DNA of 64,000 nucleotides, taken from positions 48,546,001 to 48,610,000 of the forward strand of contig OX597825.1 of the NCBI GenBank assembly GCA_951406725.2. The letters run 5' to 3'. The position numbers were made by a program, and so were the translations under genes. Of this stretch, positions 39,683 to 54,764 are shown one piece after another. Source of the stretch: Octopus vulgaris. Lineage: Eukaryota. Numbering within the stretch: the stretch's first letter is position 1; the number at the start of each line of letters is the position of its first letter. The notes below the pieces were generated by a model, which did no database searches, was not told the origin of the DNA, and saw only the letters and a list, made by a program, of their open reading frames with translations.

Positions 39683-39687
39683 CATCC

Positions 39688-39761
<74 letters not shown>

Positions 39762-39762
<1 letters not shown>

Positions 39763-40128
39763 GTGTGAAAGAGCAGTGCATGCCACCCATTCAAAAAGTT
39801 CCCTGAATAAGGATTGTTTAAGTATGTTGAACGAACCACCTATGTTTCCAAAGGTGATTTATCCAAACCTCTAAGAATTCCTTTCAATACACGGCTATGA
39901 TGCTCCCCCACTACTTCTGCTCATGATCAGAGATGCACATATCGTTAGCCATTAAGGGACATGGTCAACTGGTTAAGGTCAAACAACTGACAATAAAATC
40001 TGTGGTACTGAGCAGAATATTTGCCGTGGCCCAGCTATTATACTAAGACAAAACAATGTACATGATAACACTTCCTATCAGTTAAGATCAGGAGCCATGA
40101 GAGCCACTGTCTAGTACTGCATCAAGAC

Positions 40129-40130
<2 letters not shown>
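39762..40130. mobile_element. unclassified insert of about 370 bp bracketed by (TTA)n arrays
   Basis: Complex sequence sharply bounded by TTA arrays on both sides; no coding signature recognised. Confidence 0.4.
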
Positions 40131-40176
<46 letters not shown>

Positions 40177-40203
40177 TTATTATTATTATTGTTATTATTA
40201 TTA

Positions 40204-40277
<74 letters not shown>

Positions 40278-40279
40278 TT

Positions 40280-41398
<1,119 letters not shown>

Positions 41399-41404
41399 TA
41401 TTAA

Positions 41405-42225
41405 GGCGGTGAGCTGGCAGAATCGTTAGCACGCTGGGCGAAATGCTTAGCGGTATTTCGTCTGCCGCTACGTTCTGAGTTCAAATTCCGCCGAGGTTGA
41501 CTTTGCCTTTCATCCTTTCGGGGTCGATTAAATAAGTACCAGTTACGCACTGGGGTCGACATAATCGACTTAATCCGTTTGTCTGTCCTTGTTTGTTCTC
41601 TCTCTGTTTAGCCCCTCGTGAGTAGTAAAGAAATAGGTATTTCGTCTGCCGCTACGTTCTGAGTTCAAATTCCGCCGAGGTCGACTTTGCCTTTCATCCT
41701 TTCGGGGTCGATTAAATAAGTACCAGTTACGCACTGGGGTCGATGTAATCGACTTAATCCGTTTGTTTGTCCTTGTTTGTCCTCTCTGTGTTTGGCCCCT
41801 TGTGGGTGGTAAAGAAATAGGTATTTCGTCTGCCGCTACGTTCTGCGTTAAAATTCTTCCGAAGTCATCTTTGCCTTTCATCTTTTCATGGTCGATAAAT
41901 TAAGTACTAGTGAAAGACTGGGGGCGGTATAATCGACTCACCTCCTTCCCCAAAATGGCTGCCCTTGTGGAAAAATTTGAAAATGTTATTATTATTATTT
42001 AAGGCGGTGAGCTGACAGAATCGTTTGCACGCTTGTCGAAATGCTTATCGGTATTTCACCCGTCTCTACGTTTCAAGTCCAATCTCTGCCGAGGTCGACT
42101 TTAACTTTCATCCTTTTCGGGATCGATAAATTAAGTACCAGTGAAACATTGGGTGTCGGTGTTATCGACTAGTCCGCCCACCCACAAATCTGGGGCCTTG
42201 CACGTCCAGTAGAAAGGATTATTAT
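41405..42225 (+). mobile_element. second tRNA-derived SINE family: tandem array with 184-bp period (41452, 41636, 41820) plus a further copy at 42003-42225
   Basis: Head GGCGGTGAGCTGGCAGAATCG..GTTCAAATTCC and core GCCTTTCATCCTTTCGGGGTCGAT..AAGTACCAG, which resembles the Meta-SINE-type domain (name tentative). Confidence 0.85.
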
Positions 42226-42449
42226 CTAAGTGAAGTTCAGTCTTGCTTGTTGCAGTGTTGTTAATTATTATTATTATTTCTCCTGACGAAAAAATACGAT
42301 TTTTTTTTTTTCAGTAAACACAATATTTCAGTCACTTAGAAATATTTTTAGGTGAATGTAATTTCAAAACTGTAAGTTATTTGTACAGTAAGTATTTATA
42401 TTTTAGTTTTCTTTAAACAGACAATATTTTAATTTTTTAAAAATTATTT

Positions 42450-42881
42450 TCAAAAATTAATTTTTGGCATATTAAAAAAATATTTTAAAGTGAAAATGAC
42501 TTTGAAAATACGGTAAATATTTCGAAAAAGACCCACTCGTAACCTCGGTGTGAAAAAAAATTTTTTCCTTAGGATTTTTCGAGTGCATTCAACGTATCTC
42601 ACCTCCAAAGATTTGAGTGCTATTTCTAGCATGCCATGATACCATGTAACAGCTATTTGCAATAAAGGACTCGAATTACCTGTTATGTAGTAGCAGGGCG
42701 TGCAAGAAATAGCAGCCAAATCTTTCCTTTTCTGGCGAAAAGAGCCACTTACGCGTGATTTCGACGTCACATTTCGTTGAAAGCATACGAAATAACCTGC
42801 AAAAGAAAAAACCATGAAACAAAACTCCGTTGCTGGAAAACGCAGACTTTCCCGGTGACCCAACGGGTCACGGGAAGCCTA

Positions 42882-42882
<1 letters not shown>
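42450..42882 (+). mobile_element. Helitron-like non-autonomous element 3' end
   Basis: GC hairpin CCCGGTGACCC-aac-GGGTCACGGG immediately before CTAG|T at 42879-42883. The 5' boundary is uncertain. Confidence 0.6.
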
Positions 42883-42945
<63 letters not shown>

Positions 42946-43313
42946 TTGTTGTTGGTTGTTGTTGTTGTTGTTATTGTCATTGTTATTGTTATTATTATTG
43001 TTTGTTGTTGTTGTTATTATTATTATTATTATTATTGTTGTTGTTGTTATTATTGTTGTCATTGTTATTGTTATTATTGTTGTTGTTGTTATTGTTGTTG
43101 TCATTGTTATTGTTGTTGTTGTTCTTCTTCTTATTGTTGTTGTTCTTCTTATTATTATTATTATTATTAGTATTATTGTTGTTGTCGTTGTTATTGTTGT
43201 TGTTGTTGTTCTTCTTATTGTTGTTGTTGTTATTATTATTATTATTATTATTGTTGTTGTTTTTCTTGTTCTTGTTCTTCTTATTATCATTATCATCATC
43301 ATCATCATCATCA

Positions 43314-43356
<43 letters not shown>

Positions 43357-43382
43357 GGTCGTCATCATCATCATCATCATCA

Positions 43383-43458
<76 letters not shown>

Positions 43459-43470
43459 CATTATTATTCA
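42883..43470. repeat. compound trinucleotide array (TTA/TTG/TTC/TCA/TCG)
   Basis: Read directly from the sequence. Confidence 0.95.
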
Positions 43471-43471
43471 T

Positions 43472-43822
43472 ATACACTCAACAGATTAGGCTGTTGAAAA
43501 AGAAAAGAAACCTAACATTAGGCTATAACGCGTAGCATTAGATGCCAAGAATCCTCCGAAGTATCCCTAACTGTCCCTAATAACACTGGTTTCTGCAGCT
43601 GTACTAAACTGGGTTTTACGCCTATTTCCTCTGTCCATCAGTTTAGATCTTTATGGATAGTTCCCAATGCACCTATAACTACTGGGATACATTTTACCCA
43701 CGCTTTCCATAGTCTCTGTAATCCACTAGCTAGGTCCTGGTACATTTTGCTTTTTTTCTATACTTCTCATATTAATTTTGGGACTTCAAAGTCAATTATC
43801 TGGCACTTTCTATTCCCTTTAT
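43472..43822 (-). mobile_element. R4/Dong-type RLE 3' end fragment
   Basis: IIDFEVP, KYQDLA, IPVVIGALGT and LQKPVLLGT motifs; the 3' end abuts (AAT)n. Confidence 0.7.
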
Positions 43823-43917
<95 letters not shown>

Positions 43918-43931
43918 GCTGCTGCTGCTGG

Positions 43932-43981
<50 letters not shown>

Positions 43982-44413
43982 GTAAATCAGGCCTTCTAAC
44001 TTCTATTACTCTGTCAGTCAACCAACACTCAAGTGTGTGCATCTATTCACATAAGAATCTCAACCAACAACCAACACACCAGTTCAACCAACACACCAAT
44101 TCAAGCACGTCCAACCAACACATCAATTCAAGCACGTATTTACAAACACTAGGGACTCTCTTAACTCAAAATGTCTTGTCACCTTCAAGCGACCGGCTTT
44201 AAATTAAATAAAAGCAAAAGAAAAAACATACATACATACACACACACATACATAATACATACATACATACACTGGTTACTGCTGACATATTCTTATATAT
44301 GTACTTGTATGACTTTATACATAAAGAGAGAGAGAGAGGGGGAGAGAGAGACACGAACAGAATAGAGCTTCATACTTTTGTTTTAGTGTCTTTAACGATA
44401 GTGTTGAGAAATA

Positions 44414-44616
44414 CAGTAAACCCTCGACTATCGCAGATGCTACGTTCCAAAAACCCCCGCGATAGGTGAAAATCCGCGAAGTAGAAACAGTACTGTACTG
44501 TATATTTTTTCTCTTATTCTATAATTTGTATATATTTATTTTAAATGCAAAACAACACCACGGAGGAATCCGCGTAAACCGCGATAGGTGAACCGCGATA
44601 TGGCGAGGGATTACTG
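44414..44616. mobile_element. Tigger/pogo-type MITE
   Basis: TIRs CAGTAAACCCTCG.CTATCGC / GCGATAT.GCGAGGGATTACTG, TA on the left flank, internal repeat CCGCGATAGGTGAA. Confidence 0.8.
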
Positions 44617-44637
44617 GATATGTGTCAGTATACAAAC

Positions 44638-44722
<85 letters not shown>

Positions 44723-46729
44723 TGGGGGTTGGGGAGAGTATTGCGGAACAAATGAGAGGTTATATTACAGACGAACAGATCTCACAAATGTGGGGATTAC
44801 TGTTGGTATAGTAGATTGCAGGATCGTTAGCGTGTCGGAGAATACCTTGCTGTATTTGTTGCGTCTCTTTGCATTCTGAGTTCTAATTCTGCTGAGGTCA
44901 ACATTTTCTTCCATTTTCTGGGGTCGATAAAATAAATACCAGTTTAGCATTGGGGTTGATTCATTCAGTCCTATTCATTCAAAAACTTCTAGATTTACTC
45001 CAGTTTCGACAAGTACAGCAAATTGAAATAAACACCCCCCACAAACCCAAAAGAAGCATCAAAAACTCCATTATACATACTTTACCGTGCCAAAGCTTGT
45101 TTGTGCTGTGTGAACATCATATGGTATCACATCGTATTATATATGACATAACAAAGAGAGCAACTTGCTTCAGATCACAGTTTCTTTAAACAATAAATGT
45201 TATCTCAATAGAGTGAGAAGGAAACGTCTTGGTACAATATGGATTTAAACGCTATTCTATAAAGTTTACAGACGTCACAATGACTGACACAGATTCCGGG
45301 ACAATAGATAAACATTTTGCTCTAGTGACAAATAAAAGAAACAAGAAAGAAATGAAAGAAAAATGTCAATGAATGATATTTCTGGGAATGTGGTAAGAAA
45401 TTCATTACATAATCAAAATATATTAGTGGAAATCTTTTGCTGTGGATCTGTACAATTTTTTATGGTAAAAATAACTTGCATTACTTCCGATTATAGTGAC
45501 ATCAATTGTGTTTGCTAATCGCAGTCGTTTCCATAAACCTGCTGCACGTGGGTGTATTTGAACTCTTGGACACATCAATCATCTGAACGAGATCAACGGC
45601 AGTTTAGACAAACATAACATTACAGCAGTAGCAATGATAATAACAACAGCAACAGGAAAAATAACAGCATTTACATAATTAGGGTGTGATATACAAAAGC
45701 AGATATAAGCGTAGAATAACAAATATTACATTATGACAGAGTCCTCTTTAACCATCTCTCATTTGGAGAGGAAGGAATCAAAGAGGGAGTTTCCAAGTGG
45801 AATTTCGGCATGCTAGAAATAAATTCTCTTTAAATATCACACTTTAAAACAGGAGGCAAACATTGGAGATGCACGATGTCAGCAATAAATAGATAAATAA
45901 ATAAAAGGTGAAATAGTCATGGTTGGAACACATTTGCTCAAGAATGAAGAATGAGGGCGCAGAATCCTAGAATATTCTTAATTATTGAACCTGGGCAACT
46001 ACAGAATAAGCAGTAATTAAGCCTGGAATAGTACAGGACAAGAAAAATCTTTAAAAATTGCAGCTGAAGTTAGGATTTAAAAACTAAAATAGTAGTAAAT
46101 GGCTGTTTATATATTTATTTTTACTTAAAAGTTTAAATTGAATTACTCAAGAAGATAATAATTTTCAGTTTTAGTGAAAAGACTAATTGCCTGCAAGTTT
46201 ACACATAAAAAAATTCATATTACAAATTCATATATCTAAAAAAAAAATCACTTAATAGTAATTCAAGAAAAATTGACAGTTATAACCCCTAAGTATTTTA
46301 AAAAAGAGTTAGAGAGTCTTTTCTATATTTTGCACTCAATTTGTTCATTAGCTTTCATTTTTAAGAATATTTTTCTAAATGTAAACAGAAAATAATTTAT
46401 CATCTCATAATGAAAACCTAAAGAAATTAATTCTTTTGTGTCTTTAATTATAGTTTGCTATATTTTAATCGTTTGAATTACATATATTCTACATGAGTTT
46501 AATTTTATAACACAATATCTGTGATTTAAAATTTGTGCATAATTATTTGAGATATCTCGATTCAAAGGCAATTTTGAGTGTTACCAATTTTTTGTCACTT
46601 AAAGCCATACAACTGTATTTCTAGCAAATACTTTTCAACTTAGTTTTCACCAAAACATTCTTCTCTATGTGCATATTCTTTTAAATCCAATTAATCTATA
46701 CTTAAATAATAAATAAATAATAACTGAGA

Positions 46730-48195
46730 TATGCGAATACATCGACATTAGCGAAGAAGATATACTACTAGCTATAGATGAAGTGGACGCAAACTCAACT
46801 GATGGTTTCACAACAATCCTCCTCAAATCGTATAAGCGTGCCCTGGCAAAACCCTTCTAGATCTCTCCCAGAGCTTTCTTGCAAATGGCAGGCTCCTTGA
46901 AGAAAATAACTTGCTGAGTGATACCCAACATGGCTTTCAACCAGGCAGGAGCTGCCTGAACCAGCTCTTACAACATTATGACTGGGTGATGAGGCAGTTA
47001 TTCAACAACTCAAATGTGGACGTAATATACCTTGATATTGCAAAAGCTTTTGATAAAGTGGATCACGGTATGATATGCCACAAACTGTGTAATCTTGGCA
47101 TAGCTGGAAAACTTAGAGAGTGGTTACACGACTTTCTGAAAGATAGAAGTCACGTAGTAGTGGCCAATGGAGCCACCTGAACAACCACTGCTTTTCATAG
47201 TGGCCCTCTCATGTGCCCGGATAGACACCGTTGCTAGCTAAGCAAATGATACGAAAGTCTCGCAGAAAATACAGAATCCCAGCGATGTTGCACATCTGCA
47301 GCAGGAGTTGGACTCAATTTACAGATGGGTTGAGGATAATAATATGCAGTTTAATGTTAAAAATTCCAAACCCTGCGCTACCAGCGTCCAAAACTGAATA
47401 TGAAACTTACAGAGTACACTGGTCCACAGGGAATATCAATCCCAAAGCTTAAATCAATGAGGGACATCTCTTTCTAAGTGCACATTACCAGGATGACGAC
47501 AACGTGCAGACGATTGGTTGGATGGATCTTGAGAACATTCAGAATCAGAGATAAGGAAACCATGATGGTCCTCTGGAGGATATTCGTCCTCAGCTGCCTG
47601 GATTACTGCTCCTAGATATGTTCACCCAACAGTGTAAAATTAACACCGGATCTTGAAGCAATCCAGTGAAGCTTCACAAAGACGATCGTCTCTTTGCAAC
47701 AGCTCAGCTACTGGGAAAGGCTGAAACAGCTAAGACTCTACTCCCTTGAGCGAAGGCGGGAGAGGTATGCAGTAATATACATCTAGAAGAGCATGGAAGG
47801 AATTGTGCCAAATTTTGGCATTGAAAGCTACACCAATGCCAGAACGGATCGACACTGCACAGTGCCAAAGATCCCAGCAATGCCATCACGCTCCAGGACC
47901 AGTTACTGCAACAGCCTAGGTTTCAGGGTCCCACAGCTTTTTAATATTCTCCCAAAGAGCAAAATGGATGTAGGCGTTTTTAAATCAAGGCTGAACATCT
48001 TCCTGTCCCGAGTCCCAGATGAACCTACCTCACGGCAAGAGGTGCAAATGAGGGTAGCTACCTTAAACTCATTCTTCACAAAGAGCCACATATTAGAGGA
48101 GACTCTCGGCAATAACAGTGTAGCAAAATGGCGGTGCTCCAGCATGGCCACTGCTCATCTGAGACTACAAAGAAAGAAAGAAAGAAAGAAAGAGT
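46730..48195 (+). mobile_element. degraded CR1-group LINE, RT to 3' tail
   Basis: QHGFQPGRSCLNQLL..IYLDIAKAFDKVDHG and SYWERLKQLRLYSLERRRERY; tail GGCGGTGCTCCAGCATGGCC followed by (AAAG)n. Confidence 0.88.
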
Positions 48196-48419
48196 AATTT
48201 GATTCAAAGTAAATTTTTCGCCTACTCTCTCATTTTTGACCTCGCATATTTTGACCTAACTTTTTGTGCGGTTACTTAATTATCAGTTACCTGATCTCGA
48301 AGTGTAGCTGAAGACCGGACAATCATTGCTATGAAAAACTGCATTCAATTTGATTGAGAACTGAATTAGTGATGAAACTTAGAACCGCCCGCCAGTAACT
48401 AAAAGTTGATCTTAATATA

Positions 48420-49583
48420 TTCACTCACTGCTGTGGGTGAATGTTACACACATACAGACCCTCAAAAATGAAGCGGCATGCTGTTATTGGGGTTGAGCAT
48501 AGTGATTTAGAAATATCTTGATTTTTAAAAGTTACCAGATCTTTCGTCTAGAAAGTTCATAAGGAGTTAGAGACTGAAGATGGAAACGTATCACCAGTAT
48601 CTAAGCATAAAAAAACATTCTAAACGCTATGAAATCATCGTTTATCCAACAAGTTCAACAGACTATTGATCCCAAATAGTCCATGAGGTCAATGGCAAAA
48701 GATCTCCATGTGTCAGAAAGAACAATCAGAAATGTTGTCCACGAAGACATCAGATATAAGTCTTATATGATGAGGAAAGGTTAATTTTTTCTGAAAAAGC
48801 AAAAGAAAATCACTTCCTCAGTTCTAAAAGGCTCTTAAACAAAGTAAAAAATCCAGCAGAAGATTTGATTTGGTTTTTCTCAAGCGAGAGAATCTTCGAC
48901 CAAGATCAAAAAATTGACGGAAGAAATGACAAATAGTTATGTGCATCTGAAGTTCCAAGTGTTATACATACAAAATTTCCTGCAACTATCATGGTTTTAG
49001 GGGTTGTCAGCAATGAATGACATGTGATGCCTCCTTACTTCTTTCCACAAAGCCTTAGAGTTAATTCTGCCACCTACATTGAGATCCTGGAAACAATTGT
49101 TAAGCTTGTTAAGCCCTGGATAGACAGTATATGCAATGGAAGGCCATATGTGTTTCATATGTTTCTGCACTATCACAAATGGCTCTTGTAACACAGGAAT
49201 GGATGGCTGAAAAAACTTTCATGATCACATAACCCCAAACATTTGGTCGGCTTATTCCCTAGATCTCAATCCATTAGACTATTACATTTGGAGCGTTGTT
49301 GAGAGAGAGGTCAATGAACATGCCCATAGCACCAAAGATTCTTTGAAGGCTGCCATAATCGGAGTAATGCCAAAAACGAACCAGGACCACTTGATTAGAG
49401 CATGTAGATGATTTACAACTCATATAGAAGCAGTTATTAAAGCTAAAGGTGGCTTTATAGAATAACTTATAGAAAAGGTTTATTTTTATCCTCATAGCAT
49501 TGTTTAATAAAGTTATTATCTGTTATTATATATCTGTTTTTTATAAACATAAATCTGTCCTCAAACAGCTTACGCACCCTGTA
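48420..49583 (+). mobile_element. degraded Tc1/mariner-superfamily transposon (maT/DD37D-like)
   Basis: VSERTIRNVVHEDIRYKSY, FDQDQK..RND, TKFPATIMVLGVVS and DLNPLDYYIW motifs; 3' TIR ...GCACCCTG-TA at 49574-49583. Confidence 0.8.
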
Positions 49584-50441
49584 TATATATGAGTATGTGT
49601 GTGTGTCCGAGTGTGTGCGCGCAGGAAAAATAGCACAAACGGAACAAGGAGAAAAAGTGACGGACAGTTGGACAACGTGAAAGATTAAAAGAGATAGACA
49701 AATCTTCAAAAGGTGGTGGAGATCATTTTGATCATTGTTTCTGCTTTACCAAGGTATACTTAGAACCAAACAAGCTTCTATTTGCTAGTTTACTGAATTT
49801 ACTGGAGTATTTTACTGATACAGCTTTTATCGGCTCCGGGATAATGAAAGGTAAACCTGTTGGCAAAAAGATTTGAACTGAGAATGTAAAGCAACGTAAC
49901 TTGATAACACAATGTATTTAGTCCGGTGTTCAACATATTCTGACATTCCTCACTCTCTGTATGGTATGTAAAGAAGAATAAATAAAGTATAATTCAAGAA
50001 GTCATTATACTTTGCCGCCTGGATTAGTCTTGAAAAGCATTTGCACTTACAGAAAAGCCAATATGAAATAGAAGGTTCCAGCAAAACTCGCCATCTTTCA
50101 ACTGAAATCACCTGCGTGTGTGAAGGGTTAGCTTTGTTATAGAGTGATATATGACTGCCAGCTGACCACTAGCTGCCAGCCTCACCAACAACTGATGTCA
50201 TTCTTCCAAAGATTCAACAGTTTGTCACAATTAATTAGTCTCGAAGCAAAATCTTGTTGCTAAAAGGAAAGTTATTAACGATATGTTGCCATCACCATAC
50301 ATCATCATAGTTAATTAGTCTGGAAACGAAATGATACAGGAATGCTGATTGGAGGGTGGAAATGTAATGTTATAAATTAATTGCTGGTCGTTTTCTTGGG
50401 AATACTTTGGACTCTTCAGCCACACACACACGCACACATAA

Positions 50442-50473
<32 letters not shown>

Positions 50474-50559
50474 ACGCACACACACATATTACAAATACAC
50501 CTTTACTTAATGTCTATGTATAAAACGTTTGGATATACTGATTACCCAGTGTGTTATCG

Positions 50560-50830
50560 ATATGTATAAAACTGAGATTGTCTGTGTGACTGTCTGTATG
50601 TGCGTATAACCAAAACTCGAGAACTACTCAACGGATTTCATTCAAATTTTACACATGTCATACCTAGGGTTCATGCAGTGTCCTGGACCTAAAACTTCTT
50701 GCCTGATGCAAGCCTGGAGCAATCTCTTATCTCTTACACTGGTCCGTATCACGTGTAGAAAGTGATAACTTTCTCTATTATATGATTTCAGTTTCAATTT
50801 CTTTCGATATGCATTTTTAAGCTTGTTTGT
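50560..50830 (+). mobile_element. possible Helitron-type non-autonomous element 5' part
   Basis: TATAAAACTGAGATTGTCTGTGTG...AACTACTCAACGGATTTCATTCAAATTTT resembles 5' ends of such families, from recollection only. Confidence 0.4.
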
Positions 50831-50838
50831 ATATGTAT

Positions 50839-50917
<79 letters not shown>

Positions 50918-51328
50918 ATCAAATAAGCAACAAGAATACCGAAGATATTCTTGTTGCTTATTTTGATTATAATCACCCCATGGATTTATATGGATAACAC
51001 CGTACAAAATTCTGGTGCACCTGACTTAAGTACCATATTCATTTGAATCTAAGTTTTGCTGAAAATACACACACACACACACATTTGGTTTGCAAGATCC
51101 TATATGTGAGTTCGTGTGTTGAAGCATATTCTGTTGCGTCTGGGGAGAGTAATTTTCTTCTTGTGCCTTAAAATGTAACACATTATAACTATTGAAAAGG
51201 TTGCAAGATGCAACGAAAATTTTAATAAAAAAAAAAGTAGAAATTTTAACGGTGAGTGTGTTACATTATAAGGCACAAAAAGAAAATGACTCTCCCCAGA
51301 CACAACAATATATATATATGTATATATA

Positions 51329-51378
<50 letters not shown>

Positions 51379-51439
51379 ATGTATATATGTGTATATATGT
51401 ATATCTATATACACATATGGATATATATATATGTATATC

Positions 51440-51545
<106 letters not shown>

Positions 51546-51616
51546 ATATATATATACATATATGTATATGTACATATATATATATATATATATTTCTATA
51601 AGATATATATATATTA

Positions 51617-52110
51617 TAGCCTCAGGCCGACCAACGCCTTGTGAGTAGATTTCGGACACGGAAACAGAAAGAATATATTTCTCTGTGTGTGTGTGTGTGT
51701 GTATCTGTGTTTGTACCTCCACCATTGCTTGACAGCCGATGTTGCTGTGTTTACGTTCCCATAACTTAGCGGTTCGGCAAAAAACTTTGATAGAATAAGT
51801 ACTAGGCTTACAAAGAATCAATCCTGTGGTTGACTTTTTCGACCAGAGGCGGTGCTTTAGCATAACCGCTGTCACATGACTGAAACAAGTAAAACAATTT
51901 TTTCTACTCTAGGCAGAAGGCCCGAAATTTTGAGAGATGGGGGAGTCGATTAGATCGACGACAGTACGCAACTGGTAGGTAAATTATTGTGCCCGAAAGG
52001 TTGAAAGGTTTTATTCGACCTTGGTGGATTTGAACCCAGCACAAAAGTCAGACGAAATACGGCTAAGTATTTTGCCCGCAGTGCTAACGTTTCTGCAAGC
52101 TCGCCGCCCT
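51617..52110. mobile_element. 5'-truncated CORE-type SINE (+, 51617-51895) tail-to-tail with a second-family SINE (-, 51900-52110)
   Basis: Homology to the other copies. Confidence 0.75.
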
Positions 52111-52114
52111 AGGT

Positions 52115-52252
<138 letters not shown>

Positions 52253-52324
52253 CATATATATACATATATATATATATATGTATATATATATACATATATA
52301 TATAAACATATATATATGTATATG

Positions 52325-53430
52325 TATGTCCTTGTTTCGTATACATTCGATCCTTTTTCCAAGAAATCTAATGCTCGTAGCTTAGTTTTTCCGTGGGGCT
52401 GGCCGGATCGGAGCGATCTCATGATTAATCAGCCGAAATTGCGAGGATGATCCGGTTCTTGACTGAAGATTGAAGGCTTCGAATGTCCAGTCCGTGTTTT
52501 TTGTATCGTCTTCTAAATGTTTTGCGTTCTTGTCCCAGTTTGTATTTTTTTACATATACATATATATATATATATAGCGACGACCGTACACTTTTTGGTC
52601 TTGTATGTAACTACCTATTTCTTTAAATTTGGTACGACTCTATAACACTGTCTCTCTCTCCCCCCTCTCCTACATTTCTCTGCCTTTCACACTTTGCACT
52701 CCACTTTGATCTGTTTCTTTCTCTCTCTCTTCTCCTCCTACTTTTCTCTTTTCTTGCCTCTGATTCTTTGGTCTCCTCTTCCCCCACTCCCTCACATTTC
52801 TCTGTCTTTCTCACTTTGCACCTCACTGATTCTGTCACCAAGCCAATCCTTGTCACGCTCTCTTTCTTCTCCCCTCTTTAATCCCTTCTTTCTCTCTCTT
52901 CTCCCCCCTTGGTGCCGTTGTCCCTCTTTTTCTCTCTCTCTTTGATTCCTTTGCCCCCTTGTTTTCTCTCTCTTCTCTCACGTGACCTCTGTCAACCAGC
53001 CTTTCGGCTTCTGACCACCGCCACGAGAACAGCGTTTTCTTCTTCTGCCGAAAAAAAGGCATTTTTTTCAAAATACGCCAGCTAAGCTAAGTTGTACTGT
53101 CTATAGTCGTAAGACACCCACTGTTTTTGTCCTGTTATTTCTATTATTGTTTTTTGTATTTATATTCGTGTGGCATCGTCCGTTTTTCTGTCCTTGTTTC
53201 GTATACATTCGATCCTTTTTCCAAGAAATCTAATGCTCGTAGCTTAGTTTTTACTTGGGGCTGGCCGGATCGGAGCGATCTCAAGATTAATCAGCCGAAA
53301 TTGCGAGGATGATCCGGTTCTTGACTGAAGATTGAAGGCTTCGAATGTCCCGTCCGTGTTTTTTGTATCGTCTTCTAAATGTTTTGCGTTCTTGTCCCAG
53401 TTTGTATTTTTTTTTACATATACATATATA
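52325..53430. mobile_element. LTR-like repeat: full unit at about 52575-53418 plus a tandem partial copy at 52325-52555
   Basis: Shares TTAATCAGCCGAAATTGCGAGG...TTTTTTACA with 34798-35930. Confidence 0.55.
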
Positions 53431-53435
53431 TATAA

Positions 53436-54446
53436 ATTATAATAAAGGGTTAACTGCAACAAGTTGCTCAAAACCACATACCGAAAATATTAGAAATAGC
53501 AGCCAAATAGGTCACCATTTCTCCTACTAGTTAAAAAGTCCCCACAAACAAAAAGAATTTGCAACCCGTATATGGCAAAGAGAAAGAAAATAACGAAATC
53601 ACAGCCAATTTTGGATTAATTATAGACGAAAATTCGTTTGGGGACTAGAACCAGAGGTTCATTTCCTTGTCAATATAACATTTCCTATAAATCTAGAAAT
53701 ACTAGGGGGAAAAAAACTCACCCACTACACCGGCTCGAAGGTGACATCGAACGATCTAATGGTCTGCCAGCATCTCCACATTTATATAGACAGGCGAAAT
53801 CGTATCTCCCTCCAAAATTACCACGTGAGTTGCAAAAACATTATCAACGAAACGAAGTTTCGCAGATTTATTTTATGGGAGTAATAGCGTACAAAAAACA
53901 AAAAGGGTGAAATATAATTAATTTAATAAAATTAATAAATTTCACCTAGTAGTTTTATCGGTATGGAAAAGACCATATTTGGTAAGGATTATATTAATTA
54001 TAATAAATGGTTAATTGCAACAAGTTGCTCAAAACCACACACCGAAAATATTTGAAATAGCAGCCAAATAGGTCAACATTTCTCCTACTAGTAAAAAAGT
54101 CACCACAAACAAACAGAATTTGCAACCCGTATATGGCAAAGAGAAAGAAAATAACGAAATCACAGCCTATTTGGATTAATTATAGACGAAAATTCGTTTC
54201 TGGATTAGAACCAAAGGTTCATTTCCTTGTCAATTTTTGTGGAGACTTTTTTACTAGTAGGAGAAATGGTGACCTATTTGGCTGCTATTTCTAATATTTT
54301 CGGTATGTGGTTTTGAGCAACTTGTTGCAATTAACCCTTTATTATAATTAATATAATCCTTACCAAATATGGTCTTTTCCATACCGATAAAACTACTAGG
54401 TGAAAATTATTAATTTTATTAAATGAATTATATTTCACCATTTTTG
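53436..54446. repeat. (TA)n-flanked element with a direct repeat (53436-53672 / 53996-54232) and an inverted repeat (53900-54108 / 54236-54446)
   Basis: Direct sequence comparison. Confidence 0.85.
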
Positions 54447-54475
54447 TATATATATATATATATATATATATACAT

Positions 54476-54534
<59 letters not shown>

Positions 54535-54764
54535 CATATATATATGTATATATCAATATATATACATACATATATATATATACATACATATATATACATA
54601 AATATATATACATATATAAGTATGCATATATATACATACATACATATATATACATATATATGTATACATATATATACATGCATACATATACATATATATC
54701 TATACAAATATATATACATACATATATACATACATATACATATATATACATATATATATATATT

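Noticed and set aside
41405-41495. tRNA gene-like A/B boxes (also in the CORE-type SINE heads)
   Set aside because: No complete cloverleaf; these are SINE heads.
48570-48596. CTGAAGA-TG-GAAACGTA hammerhead-like string
   Set aside because: No stem II; lies in transposase-coding sequence.
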